In this document: in pieces, positions 31,016 through 42,299 of the stretch
Layout of the letters: each line of letters opens with the position of its first letter
Position numbering within the stretch: position 1 is the first letter of the stretch
Origin: Shigella phage KRT47
Sequence record: MN781580
Reading direction: 5' to 3' (one strand)
DNA: 64,000 bases
The notes under the pieces: generated by a model
The model's input: only the letters and a program-made list of their open reading frames with translations
Told to the model about the DNA's origin: nothing
Databases searched by the model: none
Position numbers and translations under genes: made by a program

Positions 31016-31208
31016 TACTTATAATTTCAACATCAGCCCAATGACCATAGCAAGGAAGACGAAATTCAACTGGCCAGTTAGGGTCCTTTTCTAATATAAT
31101 AGACTTAACTTGTGGTTCTTCATGTTCATCGGTATACGGACCTTTATACGTTACTTTATATGTGACTTTAATGTATTGAATTCCAAAAATCTTATTAATT
31201 ATATTCAT
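31002..31208 (-). CDS. hypothetical small protein
   Basis: 68 aa ORF in overlapping-gene array. Confidence 0.5.
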   Translation of the reverse strand: MNIINKIFGIQYIKVTYKVTYKGPYTDEHEEPQVKSIILEKDPNWPVEFRLPCYGHWADVEIISIENV

Positions 31209-31402
31209 ACTAATTCCTTTAATCCGTAAATAGGAGATAATTCATCGCCCATACGAAGGTCTTCATTTCCATCTACCCAGGAAACAATATAAGCCTCTTT
31301 TATTTGAATACCACTCCATTTAAATGGAGGTAGAACCTTAGAAATTAATCCAGGTATACCAACTCCCTTTAATTCAACAGTTTGACCTAAAAAGAATTTC
31401 AT
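31205..31402 (-). CDS. hypothetical small protein
   Basis: 65 aa ORF, ATGA-type coupling. Confidence 0.5.
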   Translation of the reverse strand: MKFFLGQTVELKGVGIPGLISKVLPPFKWSGIQIKEAYIVSWVDGNEDLRMGDELSPIYGLKELV

Positions 31403-31689
31403 TAGAACCTCATCTGAAAACCGTGCGATTTAACATTACCGCCGCCAATATCAGAAATATTAATTTCGCGCGCAATTGAAGGATCAATGTCAATTTCACG
31501 ATTGAGTTTAGTGATAGCTAAAGTATCGCGCCCATTTACAGTACGGAACTCTAAAGGACATACTACATTAACGTAGTTTTTAATCGATTCACTGGTAGGT
31601 TGCAAATGAACAGGAAGGTCTTTAGGCGCCTTAGAGAAAACCACTTCACAGAAATTTTTGCGGGTATCAAAATAAGTAGTCATAAACAT
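31402..31689 (-). CDS. hypothetical protein
   Basis: 95 aa ORF. Confidence 0.55.
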   Translation of the reverse strand: MFMTTYFDTRKNFCEVVFSKAPKDLPVHLQPTSESIKNYVNVVCPLEFRTVNGRDTLAITKLNREIDIDPSIAREINISDIGGGNVKSHGFQMRF

Positions 31690-31706
31690 AGTATTTTCCT
31701 CAGTAA

Positions 31707-31720
31707 GGGGCCGAAGCCCC
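31707..31720 (-). terminator. hairpin GGGGCUUCGGCCCC (minus-strand sense)
   Basis: GC stem with UUCG loop in intergenic gap. Confidence 0.45.
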
Positions 31721-31730
31721 TCATTTTATT

Positions 31731-32096
31731 TTAAATATCAAATTCGTTAAGAACTACATCAAAGATTGCTTCAAGATGCTCAGGTTTAGCTCTATTACTC
31801 AGAATATGACGAATCCAAGTTTTAACCAGAAGCTTGCGATTAACGCCATTCCAGCAAGGATGAGTCCCTAAATCGCGTTGACGAAAATCATCATCCAGAG
31901 CGATTTTAAAAGAAGAACCTTCCATTGTGATTGAAACCGTGATGCCATTTTCAAATCGCATATAAACGTAGTTAGGAGTCATATACTGTTCAATTTCGCA
32001 TACTGATCCATTTTGATGTTTCCAGAGGCAAATAGTATCAATAGAACCTGCAATACCATTAGAAACATATTTACGTTCAAAGTTAATGTAGTTCAT
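31731..32096 (-). CDS. hypothetical protein
   Basis: Track ORF 31731..32108 starts at TTG; ATG 32096 with GGAG SD gives 121 aa. Confidence 0.55.
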   Translation of the reverse strand: MNYINFERKYVSNGIAGSIDTICLWKHQNGSVCEIEQYMTPNYVYMRFENGITVSITMEGSSFKIALDDDFRQRDLGTHPCWNGVNRKLLVKTWIRHILSNRAKPEHLEAIFDVVLNEFDI

Positions 32097-32121
32097 TTTA
32101 TTCTCCAAGATGTTTAATTGC

Positions 32122-32161
32122 GGTACAGGTATATAATATCATATCCTGTACCAAAGTAAAC
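32122..32161 (-). promoter_or_regulatory. early promoter (GTTTAC-N17-TATTAT) overlapped by a 31-bp interrupted palindrome
   Basis: -35 at 32156-32161, -10 at 32133-32138 (minus sense); GGTACAGG 32122-32129 is reverse complement of CCTGTACC 32145-32152. Confidence 0.55.
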
Positions 32162-32163
32162 AA

Positions 32164-32496
32164 TTATTTTACTACTTTCCAATGCTGCATGTCAAGTTTA
32201 CCAACTTTTTTCATCTTCTCAATTAAGCGTTCGGCACGTTGGCGAGCTGTAACATAATACCATTCACCTAATTCATTTTGTTCAATTTTTCCAACGATTA
32301 CTGTATTCAATTCATAAATCCAACCAGTAAAGAAATTATGAACTTGAATTGTAAAGGTGAAATCTGTTCCCATACCTTCTGTTGTTTCTACTTCAATAAT
32401 ATCACCTTCAACTGCCATTAAGAACCACATAGTTTCATCATATTTACCGTTGAAGCATTTAGTTTTAACTGCAGCGTTCAGATTAATCGTTTTCAT
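32164..32496 (-). CDS. hypothetical protein
   Basis: 110 aa ORF with AAGGAG SD, bounded by hairpin+promoter cassette upstream and promoter downstream. Confidence 0.6.
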   Translation of the reverse strand: MKTINLNAAVKTKCFNGKYDETMWFLMAVEGDIIEVETTEGMGTDFTFTIQVHNFFTGWIYELNTVIVGKIEQNELGEWYYVTARQRAERLIEKMKKVGKLDMQHWKVVK

Positions 32497-32523
32497 TTTA
32501 TTCTCCTTTGTTTGTGTAAGATA

Positions 32524-32553
32524 ATACTATCACAAAGGAACCATACTGTAAAC
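32524..32553 (-). promoter_or_regulatory. T4-type early promoter (GTTTAC-N18-TAGTAT)
   Basis: Minus-strand sense -35 GTTTAC at 32548-32553, -10 TAGTAT at 32524-32529. Confidence 0.55.
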
Positions 32554-32583
32554 AACTTTGTGCAATCTTTGGAAAATAAAAAA

Positions 32584-32601
32584 GGACTCCCGAAGGAGTC
32601 C
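32584..32601 (-). terminator. hairpin GGACUCC-UUCG-GGAGUCC (minus-strand sense)
   Basis: 7-bp stem, UUCG loop, U-run after it in minus sense; forms a stem-loop plus promoter cassette with 32524-32553. Confidence 0.55.
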
Positions 32602-32606
32602 TCAAC

Positions 32607-32825
32607 TTATGCTTTCTGCTTACCAAAACGAGAAGCATCATCTCGAAGAACCGCACGTGCTCGGCGCATGATCTTCTCAACAGTTTGATTGATACGAGAG
32701 TTCGACCCACGCTTGTAACCAGCGCGTTTAGAATCACCAACTTTCTTTTCAACTGCTTTCTTTGCTTTAGCTTGTTTTGCCATTATAAATTCTCTTTTAA
32801 ATGAAAATGCAGGACTTATTGGCAT
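32607..32825 (-). CDS. small highly basic protein; start uncertain (ATG 32783 gives 58 aa)
   Basis: Lys/Arg-rich ORF MAKQAKAKKAVEKK...; ends just before the hairpin. Confidence 0.45.
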   Translation of the reverse strand: MPISPAFSFKREFIMAKQAKAKKAVEKKVGDSKRAGYKRGSNSRINQTVEKIMRRARAVLRDDASRFGKQKA

Positions 32826-33003
32826 TGCCTGCGCAAGCCCTCAAGGGGTACTTAGGTTTTGAATATTTACCGACAGGATAACCATAAACCTCGTCATCAT
32901 ACCACCAAGACTTACACAGATAACACTTTTCTGACGCATGATAGTAACATTCAAGAGGTACACCGTAAAACTGCCGGGGTCTTAAAACTATAATGATTCG
33001 CAA
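32797..33003 (-). CDS. doubtful Cys-rich small ORF
   Basis: 68 aa with 6 Cys; no convincing SD; region may be non-coding leader. Confidence 0.25.
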   Translation of the reverse strand: MRIIIVLRPRQFYGVPLECYYHASEKCYLCKSWWYDDEVYGYPVGKYSKPKYPLRACAGNANKSCIFI

Positions 33004-33071
33004 ATCATTAATCAGACAGTTCGATGGCTCCTCGATTTTAGCTCACACTAAGGCAGTGAATCTCCAATAAA

Positions 33072-33320
33072 TTACTTCAGTGTTACCACAAAGTGACGAA
33101 CTGCTTTTCGTGCAGCAGAAGCCAGAGGCTTAGCATATTTAAGTTCATCTTTTTCCTGAAGCTCAGCAGCTAATGCAGTTTGAGCAGGATTCAGATGTTT
33201 GAAATAACGCAGGATTTCAAGAGCTTCGGCTTCAACATCAATAGATGCGCCATAGTTTTCGTGACCATTATTCCATGCGTTTCGTTGCAGTTCAAGAGCG
33301 TGTTGTAATTGTTTAATCAT
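33072..33320 (-). CDS. rIII: rIII lysis-inhibition accessory protein
   Basis: 82 aa as in T4 rIII; position immediately map-upstream of gene 31. Confidence 0.75.
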   Translation of the reverse strand: MIKQLQHALELQRNAWNNGHENYGASIDVEAEALEILRYFKHLNPAQTALAAELQEKDELKYAKPLASAARKAVRHFVVTLK

Positions 33321-33467
33321 TTAAAAATTCTCGTTAGAGATTAAAACTCGGTAGTCACGTTCTTCTGAATTTCATCTTCTTTCGACAGATCTCTCAGTTG
33401 TAGACTACCACATAGAATTGTTCGGTTAACTTATTATTCCGACACCCAATTCATATTATTATTTATA

Positions 33468-33803
33468 TCACTTATAAAGACACGGAATAGCTTTATAGTG
33501 ACAAGTAACGAATTTTTGTTTAATTTCTTTTGGCTGCTTAAGACCCAGAGCTACAAAAGGATGCGGAACGTTTCGAATTTGACCAACTGGAAGAGAAGTC
33601 AAATCACCAACTTCGCAGAAACCTTCAGGAACATCAGGACCAACAGAGTGAACTACACACAGTTCAGGAACTTCACCTTGAACACGTTTACCGATAATAA
33701 GTCCTGATTCTGTAACTTCTTCATCACCGGCTTGTGCAGGTTCAGAAACTAAAATAACATATTCACCGACAGCACGAATTGGTAGCTGTTGTACTTCAGA
33801 CAT
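33468..33803 (-). CDS. 31: co-chaperonin gp31 (GroES analogue)
   Basis: 111 aa, T4 gp31 length; recognised sequence. Confidence 0.92.
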
Positions 33804-33833
33804 CGTTTTTCCTTTTTGTTAGCAGATGAATTA

Positions 33834-33858
33834 ATAATAACAAATAATTCTTAAAGCA
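33834..33858 (-). promoter_or_regulatory. MotA-dependent middle promoter-like element upstream of gene 31
   Basis: Minus sense aaTGCTTTAa (MotA box consensus) then TATTAT 12 nt downstream. Confidence 0.5.
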
Positions 33859-33859
33859 T

Positions 33860-34168
33860 TTATTTACCAATAAATTGAAGCAAATGCTCAACTTTCATAC
33901 CATTAACAGAAATCAATTTGTCAATAGAAAAACCTCGCCATGCACCAAGCTCAACATCAAATACTGGAATCATATCAGTAGATTCTTTCCGAGCAGATTC
34001 AGTCAATTTACCAGTTTGCATGGTTGGCATAAAGTCCGCATCACGAGTGCCTTTCATAGTACGAATAGTACCATCAGACTTTTCAAAAACCACGTTTGAA
34101 ATACCCATGGACAATTTAGTTTTCAAAATTTCACGAATTGCTACTTTCTGTTCAGTTGTCAGTTTCAT
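33860..34168 (-). CDS. hypothetical protein (31.1-like position)
   Basis: 102 aa ORF. Confidence 0.6.
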   Translation of the reverse strand: MKLTTEQKVAIREILKTKLSMGISNVVFEKSDGTIRTMKGTRDADFMPTMQTGKLTESARKESTDMIPVFDVELGAWRGFSIDKLISVNGMKVEHLLQFIGK

Positions 34169-34405
34169 TTATTTACCTATTACAGTTTTAATATGGGTTG
34201 TTCCACGCTCTTTAAGAGTGGAAAGCAATTTTTGGCATTTTTCTAAATCAGATTTCCAACTATACGGTCTATCAATACTAGTCCAATCAGTTTTATAATA
34301 CTGTTTCCATTTAGAGAAAAAATATTTCTTATACTCTACAGCAAATGAGATGTTCTCGTTAGAATAAGAACTAATTGCTGTGAGCTTTACCAAACGAAAT
34401 TTCAT
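34169..34405 (-). CDS. hypothetical protein (31.2-like position)
   Basis: 78 aa ORF, coupled to cd. Confidence 0.55.
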   Translation of the reverse strand: MKFRLVKLTAISSYSNENISFAVEYKKYFFSKWKQYYKTDWTSIDRPYSWKSDLEKCQKLLSTLKERGTTHIKTVIGK

Positions 34406-34986
34406 TATTCACCACAGAATTCGTTGATATTTTCCCAGTTTAACTTATTCAAGTTTTTCTTAGGAACATTAAACACTTCAATACCTGCATTTCGCAGAAT
34501 ATCATCCCAGCCAGGTTTATTTTTATCGTATGTTTCGCAATAAACCAGCTTTTTAATACCAGATTGAGCTATCGCTTTTGCACAATCTGGACAAGGAGAA
34601 AGTGTTACATACATAGTAGCACCTTCAATAGAAGAACCATTTCGTGCAGCAAACAAAATTGCATTTAGTTCAGCATGAATTTCATTTTTAGACGACCATT
34701 CAGAGTGAGCGCTACGGTGTTCTTTCGCCAAGACAAAGCGATCAGTTGAACCAAATGATACGCATTCAGGCTTATGGCCTTGGATGATAGTATGTTTAGG
34801 TTTATTCAGCAACCAACCTTGCTCAGCGGCATAATCACAACAGTTCACACCTCCTGCGGGTGAACCATTATACCCAGTAGAAATAATACGTCCATTCTTT
34901 TCAATTACTGCTCCTACCTTCCAGGAGCAACATTTTGATTCTTGTGATACTAAATATGCAATTTGAAGTACTGTACTCGCTTTCAT
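34405..34986 (-). CDS. cd: dCMP deaminase
   Basis: 193 aa; zinc-binding HAE...PCxxC deaminase motifs; T4 Cd length. Confidence 0.92.
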   Translation of the reverse strand: MKASTVLQIAYLVSQESKCCSWKVGAVIEKNGRIISTGYNGSPAGGVNCCDYAAEQGWLLNKPKHTIIQGHKPECVSFGSTDRFVLAKEHRSAHSEWSSKNEIHAELNAILFAARNGSSIEGATMYVTLSPCPDCAKAIAQSGIKKLVYCETYDKNKPGWDDILRNAGIEVFNVPKKNLNKLNWENINEFCGE

Positions 34987-35321
34987 TTCATAATCACCAG
35001 ATAAGCAGATTTAGCAGTTTCAACACGATAAATTTCATGACGAAGTTTAGTTATACTTTTAATAACAGAACTAATTATATTCTGTCCGTCTTTAAAGCGG
35101 TTTTTCTTATCAATAAAAATTGCGCCAACCATCTTTTTGTGAAGCTCAACTGGATACTTCGTCACAATAATAGCATCATATACAGAAGGATGAATACTAT
35201 TTACTAGAGTGTCATTCATTAAAGTTATTCTAATGAACTGTGCTGTTTCAGAGTCAAGCGCTCTATGATCGCCAGTATCATTTTCAAGACAATTATTAAT
35301 TATATCAGTTAAATTCATCAT
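34983..35321 (-). CDS. hypothetical protein (cd.x cluster)
   Basis: 112 aa ORF. Confidence 0.55.
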   Translation of the reverse strand: MMNLTDIINNCLENDTGDHRALDSETAQFIRITLMNDTLVNSIHPSVYDAIIVTKYPVELHKKMVGAIFIDKKNRFKDGQNIISSVIKSITKLRHEIYRVETAKSAYLVIMK

Positions 35322-35554
35322 AGTACGCCATACACCCTTTGTGCTTCAACTAATCCATCAAAATCCAATTTAAGATGTGTTATTTGATCACCATCACCTG
35401 GATTCACAATTACTAATACTGAACGAGGAGTTTCGGTAATAACACGAACCGATGTTTCAGGAAATCGTTCAGAAACCTTATTTACCAATTCCTGTGCAAA
35501 TAGCTTAACTTTTTCTTGGAATTCTTTAACAGTAATCGGTTTTTCACTTAGCAT
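35318..35554 (-). CDS. hypothetical protein (cd.x cluster)
   Basis: 78 aa ORF. Confidence 0.55.
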   Translation of the reverse strand: MLSEKPITVKEFQEKVKLFAQELVNKVSERFPETSVRVITETPRSVLVIVNPGDGDQITHLKLDFDGLVEAQRVYGVL

Positions 35555-36090
35555 GTTGATCCCAGCTCCTTACTTTCAACGTTTTTAACTAATTTGATAG
35601 AAACTAATTCAGCATCTTGAGTAATCATTACCGGGCCTTCTTCATACTCTTCAAGATATTCTAGAGCTTTCTTTTTAGCTTCTTCCTTCGTATCAGTTTG
35701 AGCATAGATATAAAACATACAACCAGTAATACCTACTACTTTCCATTTAATTTCTTTATCAGTTTTAATTTCAAATTTACTGACAGAATCATCTTTTTGA
35801 ACTTCTTCGAAAAAAGAATATTCTAACATATAAGCAATTGAAAATAACGGGCTAACTTTATAGGATTCGCCCATTACATCAACAGCTTTATACCAGCAGT
35901 CATCAATTTCGCGTTTAATGCTAATAACATTTTTCGCAGGATCTATTTTTACTTTAAATGAATTTTCCCCAATAAACTGAGCAATTCGTTTATTAGCCCC
36001 GCAAGTTTCATTAAAAATATCTTTATATCCAGCTTTAAAGCGATAAACCTTATCTTCTTCAAACCATTCGCTCATTTTCAATTTCCTCAT
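35548..36090 (-). CDS. hypothetical protein (cd.x cluster); likely start at ATG 36075
   Basis: 180 aa track ORF; GAGGA SD favours internal Met (MSEWFEED...). Confidence 0.55.
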   Translation of the reverse strand: MRKLKMSEWFEEDKVYRFKAGYKDIFNETCGANKRIAQFIGENSFKVKIDPAKNVISIKREIDDCWYKAVDVMGESYKVSPLFSIAYMLEYSFFEEVQKDDSVSKFEIKTDKEIKWKVVGITGCMFYIYAQTDTKEEAKKKALEYLEEYEEGPVMITQDAELVSIKLVKNVESKELGSTC

Positions 36091-36105
36091 TTGTTTGGTA
36101 GAGCC

Positions 36106-36135
36106 ATAATATCACAACTCTACCGTAAAGTAAAC
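36106..36135 (-). promoter_or_regulatory. T4-type early promoter (GTTTAC-N18-TATTAT) preceded by an 11-bp stem-loop
   Basis: -35 at 36130-36135, -10 at 36106-36111 (minus sense); inverted repeat TCGCTTTGAAT 36143-36153 / ATTCAAAGCGA 36167-36177. Confidence 0.55.
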
Positions 36136-36137
36136 TA

Positions 36138-36413
36138 TTAAATCGCTTTGAATTCCGCAGTTTGAGATTCAAAGCGAATGTCGCCTTTGATAACTAACTC
36201 AGCATCAAGACCGAATACGACAATGATATGCGCGGAACCTGGATACAGCGTAATGGCAACAGAATCCACCTGGTCTGGAAGCAAAGTGTTTAATACATGA
36301 GTCACTTGAGCATGGATTCGAAGTTCGGCTGCGTTATCAAGCTTTTCAAACATATTATTAGCGATAATTTGACTAAACACTACTTCTACGATTTTAGAAT
36401 AAGTCGGAAACAT
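36138..36413 (-). CDS. hypothetical protein (cd.x cluster)
   Basis: 91 aa ORF. Confidence 0.55.
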   Translation of the reverse strand: MFPTYSKIVEVVFSQIIANNMFEKLDNAAELRIHAQVTHVLNTLLPDQVDSVAITLYPGSAHIIVVFGLDAELVIKGDIRFESQTAEFKAI

Positions 36414-36415
36414 AT

Positions 36416-36616
36416 TTACCTCACATAATTTTCTTCAAGCCAATCAATAACATCCAAAGCGTTATCAAAAGTTGAACCATCTACTTTGTCTTCTGTTTCA
36501 TAATCAAGAACATCTAAGCCTACTCTTCCGTCAACAATAGGCCATAAACAAAATAGATATTTCTTTTCTTTTTCAATTTTATCACAAAGACGATAAATCT
36601 TTTCTATGTTATTCAT
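36416..36616 (-). CDS. hypothetical small protein (cd.x cluster)
   Basis: 66 aa ORF. Confidence 0.5.
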   Translation of the reverse strand: MNNIEKIYRLCDKIEKEKKYLFCLWPIVDGRVGLDVLDYETEDKVDGSTFDNALDVIDWLEENYVR

Positions 36617-36805
36617 AAGTTTTCCATGGTAAAGGCAGTTTAGTTTTCTTTACTGTTAGTTCAACATCAGGATTCTTTTCTCTCAATTTAAGACATTCCT
36701 CCCAAGCTCTGATTTCACTAGTGAATACACAAAATTGCCCATTACTAGTACCGACTAAACCACTATTTACAATAATAATAGCCCAAGTTTCATGATGCCA
36801 CGCCA

Positions 36806-36806
<1 letters not shown>
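36609..36806 (-). CDS. hypothetical small protein
   Basis: 65 aa ORF overlapping neighbours. Confidence 0.45.
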
Positions 36807-38031
<1,225 letters not shown>

Positions 38032-38034
38032 TTA

Positions 38035-38265
38035 TTATTTCTCAACCAATGATTGAATATAATCATGCAGGTCTTTAGATGCTTTACCCCACTTATTTTG
38101 GTATTCATTTTTAAGATTAGCCCGAGATTGAGCTAATAAAACATCATTAGTTGGAGGTAAAGATTCTAACCGTTGAATCTGGCGTCCATAAATCATTGCA
38201 GCCATCTCGGATTCATAAATCAATCCTTTGAGATGTTCAAATTGATGCCATGAAATCATTTGCAT
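38035..38265 (-). CDS. hypothetical protein (pseT.x cluster)
   Basis: 76 aa ORF. Confidence 0.5.
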   Translation of the reverse strand: MQMISWHQFEHLKGLIYESEMAAMIYGRQIQRLESLPPTNDVLLAQSRANLKNEYQNKWGKASKDLHDYIQSLVEK

Positions 38266-38555
38266 TTATCCTCTTTTAACTCTTGGCGATAATAACATAT
38301 CATAGTTTTCTGATCATGTATATATCGTTTTACATCATTAAGCCAAATACGAAATTCCTGAGAATCTTCAAATGGCATACCGACCCAAGCTTTACCATCA
38401 ATAACTTTAACTTGCCAGGATAGTTTAGCTTCATCATATGACTTTATTTGTACTGGCCAATTAGGATGAACTGTTTCTTTCTTTACTTCTAGAGGCTTTG
38501 TCGAACAACCAACTAGAAGACCAATAGATAATATTACTGCTGATAGTTTAATCAT
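38256..38555 (-). CDS. o-spanin (outer-membrane lipoprotein lysis component)
   Basis: 99 aa; signal peptide with lipobox LVGC|S; overlaps i-spanin 3' end; matches T4 pseT.2 position. Confidence 0.7.
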   Translation of the reverse strand: MIKLSAVILSIGLLVGCSTKPLEVKKETVHPNWPVQIKSYDEAKLSWQVKVIDGKAWVGMPFEDSQEFRIWLNDVKRYIHDQKTMICYYRQELKEDKCK

Positions 38556-38905
38556 TTAGAAAGGTCCTGGATGTCTTCTGCGAACTTGTTGAAGGAGTTG
38601 TTGATTTGTTTTTCAACCAATCCTGGCTTATGAGCCACCACATCCGCCTTCTTTGCGTCTTTGCGCAGTTTTTCATTTTCACGCTCAATAGCAGCAATTG
38701 CCTCACGATTTTTATTATTCATCGCATCAATATAATTATACTGAATTCGCAAATTATTTAATGCTAAAGCGTTTTCATTGGCCGTTTTTGTAATTTCTAC
38801 GACAGACGTTTCTAATCTTTCAATTTTATTTTTTAAAATTAAAGAAGTTCCGCCCAATGCAATTACAATTAATAGCAAGCCTGCTGTCGTATTACTTAAT
38901 TGCAT
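38552..38905 (-). CDS. i-spanin (inner-membrane lysis component)
   Basis: 117 aa; N-terminal TM helix GLLLIVIALGG then coiled-coil-like region; matches T4 pseT.3 position. Confidence 0.7.
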   Translation of the reverse strand: MQLSNTTAGLLLIVIALGGTSLILKNKIERLETSVVEITKTANENALALNNLRIQYNYIDAMNNKNREAIAAIERENEKLRKDAKKADVVAHKPGLVEKQINNSFNKFAEDIQDLSK

Positions 38906-39402
38906 AAAGTTTTAATAACCTCTATAATATCGTCTTGAGAAAGACCGTTAATTAAAATATGATGTTCAGCCGGAGATTTAGAAATTTTAAAGCATGCCTC
39001 AACATCTTCTGCCATATCCGATGCGCTACGATTTGGATTACTAATTCCAAGACGATGTTTTCCCGTTAAAGGATTAACGATGATATAGCATTTACAGTTG
39101 TTAATATGAACATTAGGTTGAGTCTGATTAATGAACACATCACAATCATATTTCGCAAGCTGATTTTCTAAAAAGACTTTCATCTCCTCAACCGCATCAG
39201 GAAGCATATCACGGGCTTGCTCAAGACGACGATTTCGATATTCTTTAATGGTCGTTTTCCGCTTGACTTGCTTAGCTAAATCTTTCTTAAGATCGGTGAT
39301 ATATCCAACTCGACGATTTCCTTTAAATACAGAAATCCCATCTGTAGTATCACCGTATGCTTCAACGACCATTTCAGTAGTAATAAGCTGTAAATCCATC
39401 AT
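38896..39402 (-). CDS. alc: Alc (inhibitor of host transcription)
   Basis: 168 aa (T4 Alc about 167 aa); position between spanins and rnlA. Confidence 0.7.
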   Translation of the reverse strand: MMDLQLITTEMVVEAYGDTTDGISVFKGNRRVGYITDLKKDLAKQVKRKTTIKEYRNRRLEQARDMLPDAVEEMKVFLENQLAKYDCDVFINQTQPNVHINNCKCYIIVNPLTGKHRLGISNPNRSASDMAEDVEACFKISKSPAEHHILINGLSQDDIIEVIKTLCN

Positions 39403-39406
39403 AAAG

Positions 39407-39460
39407 TCCTCATGTTATGTCAGTAAGACTACTGTAACACAACACGAGGGACTTGTAAAC
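39407..39460 (-). repeat. 54-bp perfect direct repeat, copy B (early promoter plus translation-initiation cassette)
   Basis: Identical to 23541..23594; lies between rnlA stop and alc start. Confidence 0.85.
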
Positions 39461-39463
39461 AGC

Positions 39464-41051
<1,588 letters not shown>

Positions 41052-41059
41052 AATAAAAT

Positions 41060-41073
41060 GGGCCTTGCGGCCC
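41060..41073 (-). terminator. hairpin GGGCC-GCAA-GGCCC (minus-strand sense) between nrdB stop and denA start
   Basis: 5-bp GC stem with GNRA-type loop 8 nt upstream of denA ATG. Confidence 0.4.
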
Positions 41074-41078
41074 ACTCC

Positions 41079-42248
41079 TTAAAAATATTTTTTAAAACTC
41101 ATCATAACTTTATCATCAACATCATTATCAATCTGTGCTACAAGGTAAGATGACAGTTCTACTTCTTGCGGCGCGGATTGAACATTATCAGAATTAAGGT
41201 ATTCACGAATCCAAGGATATGGATGTTTAACCGGAGCATCGGTAATTGGACATGGAAGACCACACTGTTTCATACGAGATACAGTTAAGTAATCAATAAA
41301 GCTCCACATGCTATTTGTATTTAATCCAGGAACATCGCCATCTTTAAATAAATGAACTGCCCAATCTTTTTCTTGGCGGTTAACTTCCATGAAAATATCA
41401 ACTGCTTCTTGTTCACACTCTTGAGCAATTTTAACCCATTCATCGCCATCAGTACCGGATTGAAGTTGACGAATAATATATTGGGTGCCTTTAAGGTGAA
41501 GCTGCTCATCACGTGCAATGAACTTCATAATCTTGGCATTACCTTCCATGATTTCCATGTTCTTATGGAAGTTAAAGGTACATGCGAAAGATACATAAAA
41601 ACGAATAGCTTCCAATGCGTTGATTACATGCAGGCAGAGGTAAAGAGATTTCATTAGTGCTCGTTTAGTACATTCAACAACTTTGCCTAACTCTTCTTTA
41701 CGAAATCCTTCTGATAAAATTCCTTCATAATCTTCAACCGCATTCTGATATTCACGAGTCTTAACTAGAACGTCATCATAATAACGACCAATAGATTCAG
41801 CGCGTTTCATGATAGCTTTATCTAATACAATCTCATCAAATACCTTTGATGGATCAGTATAAAGATTTCGCATAATATGAGTATATGAACGGCTGTGAAT
41901 AGTTTCGCTAAAAGTCCATGTAGCAACCCATGTATCAAGACTTGGGTCTGAAATTAACGACATAAGTACAGCAGACGGCGCACGACCCTGAATGCTATCC
42001 AAAAGTGATTGATACTTCAGGTTATTAGTAAAAATATCTTGCTGATATTGAGGAAGCTTGTTAAATTGTGCAGCATCCATCATCAAGTTTACTTCTTCAG
42101 GACGCCAGAAAAATGACAACTGTTTTTCGGTTAAATCTTCAAAAACTTTATGGCGTTGAATATCATAACGCGCAATACCAAGACCTGAACCGAAGAACAT
42201 AGGTTCTTTTAAAACATCAACTGGATTTGTATTAAAAACTGTGCTCAT
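41079..42248 (-). CDS. nrdB: ribonucleotide reductase small subunit, uninterrupted (no intron)
   Basis: 389 aa continuous ORF; recognised NrdB family. Confidence 0.93.
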   Translation of the reverse strand: MSTVFNTNPVDVLKEPMFFGSGLGIARYDIQRHKVFEDLTEKQLSFFWRPEEVNLMMDAAQFNKLPQYQQDIFTNNLKYQSLLDSIQGRAPSAVLMSLISDPSLDTWVATWTFSETIHSRSYTHIMRNLYTDPSKVFDEIVLDKAIMKRAESIGRYYDDVLVKTREYQNAVEDYEGILSEGFRKEELGKVVECTKRALMKSLYLCLHVINALEAIRFYVSFACTFNFHKNMEIMEGNAKIMKFIARDEQLHLKGTQYIIRQLQSGTDGDEWVKIAQECEQEAVDIFMEVNRQEKDWAVHLFKDGDVPGLNTNSMWSFIDYLTVSRMKQCGLPCPITDAPVKHPYPWIREYLNSDNVQSAPQEVELSSYLVAQIDNDVDDKVMMSFKKYF

Positions 42249-42299
42249 AAATTTTCCGCTTAGTTAATAGATAGTGACTCGTCCGTGAGTCAAATTATA

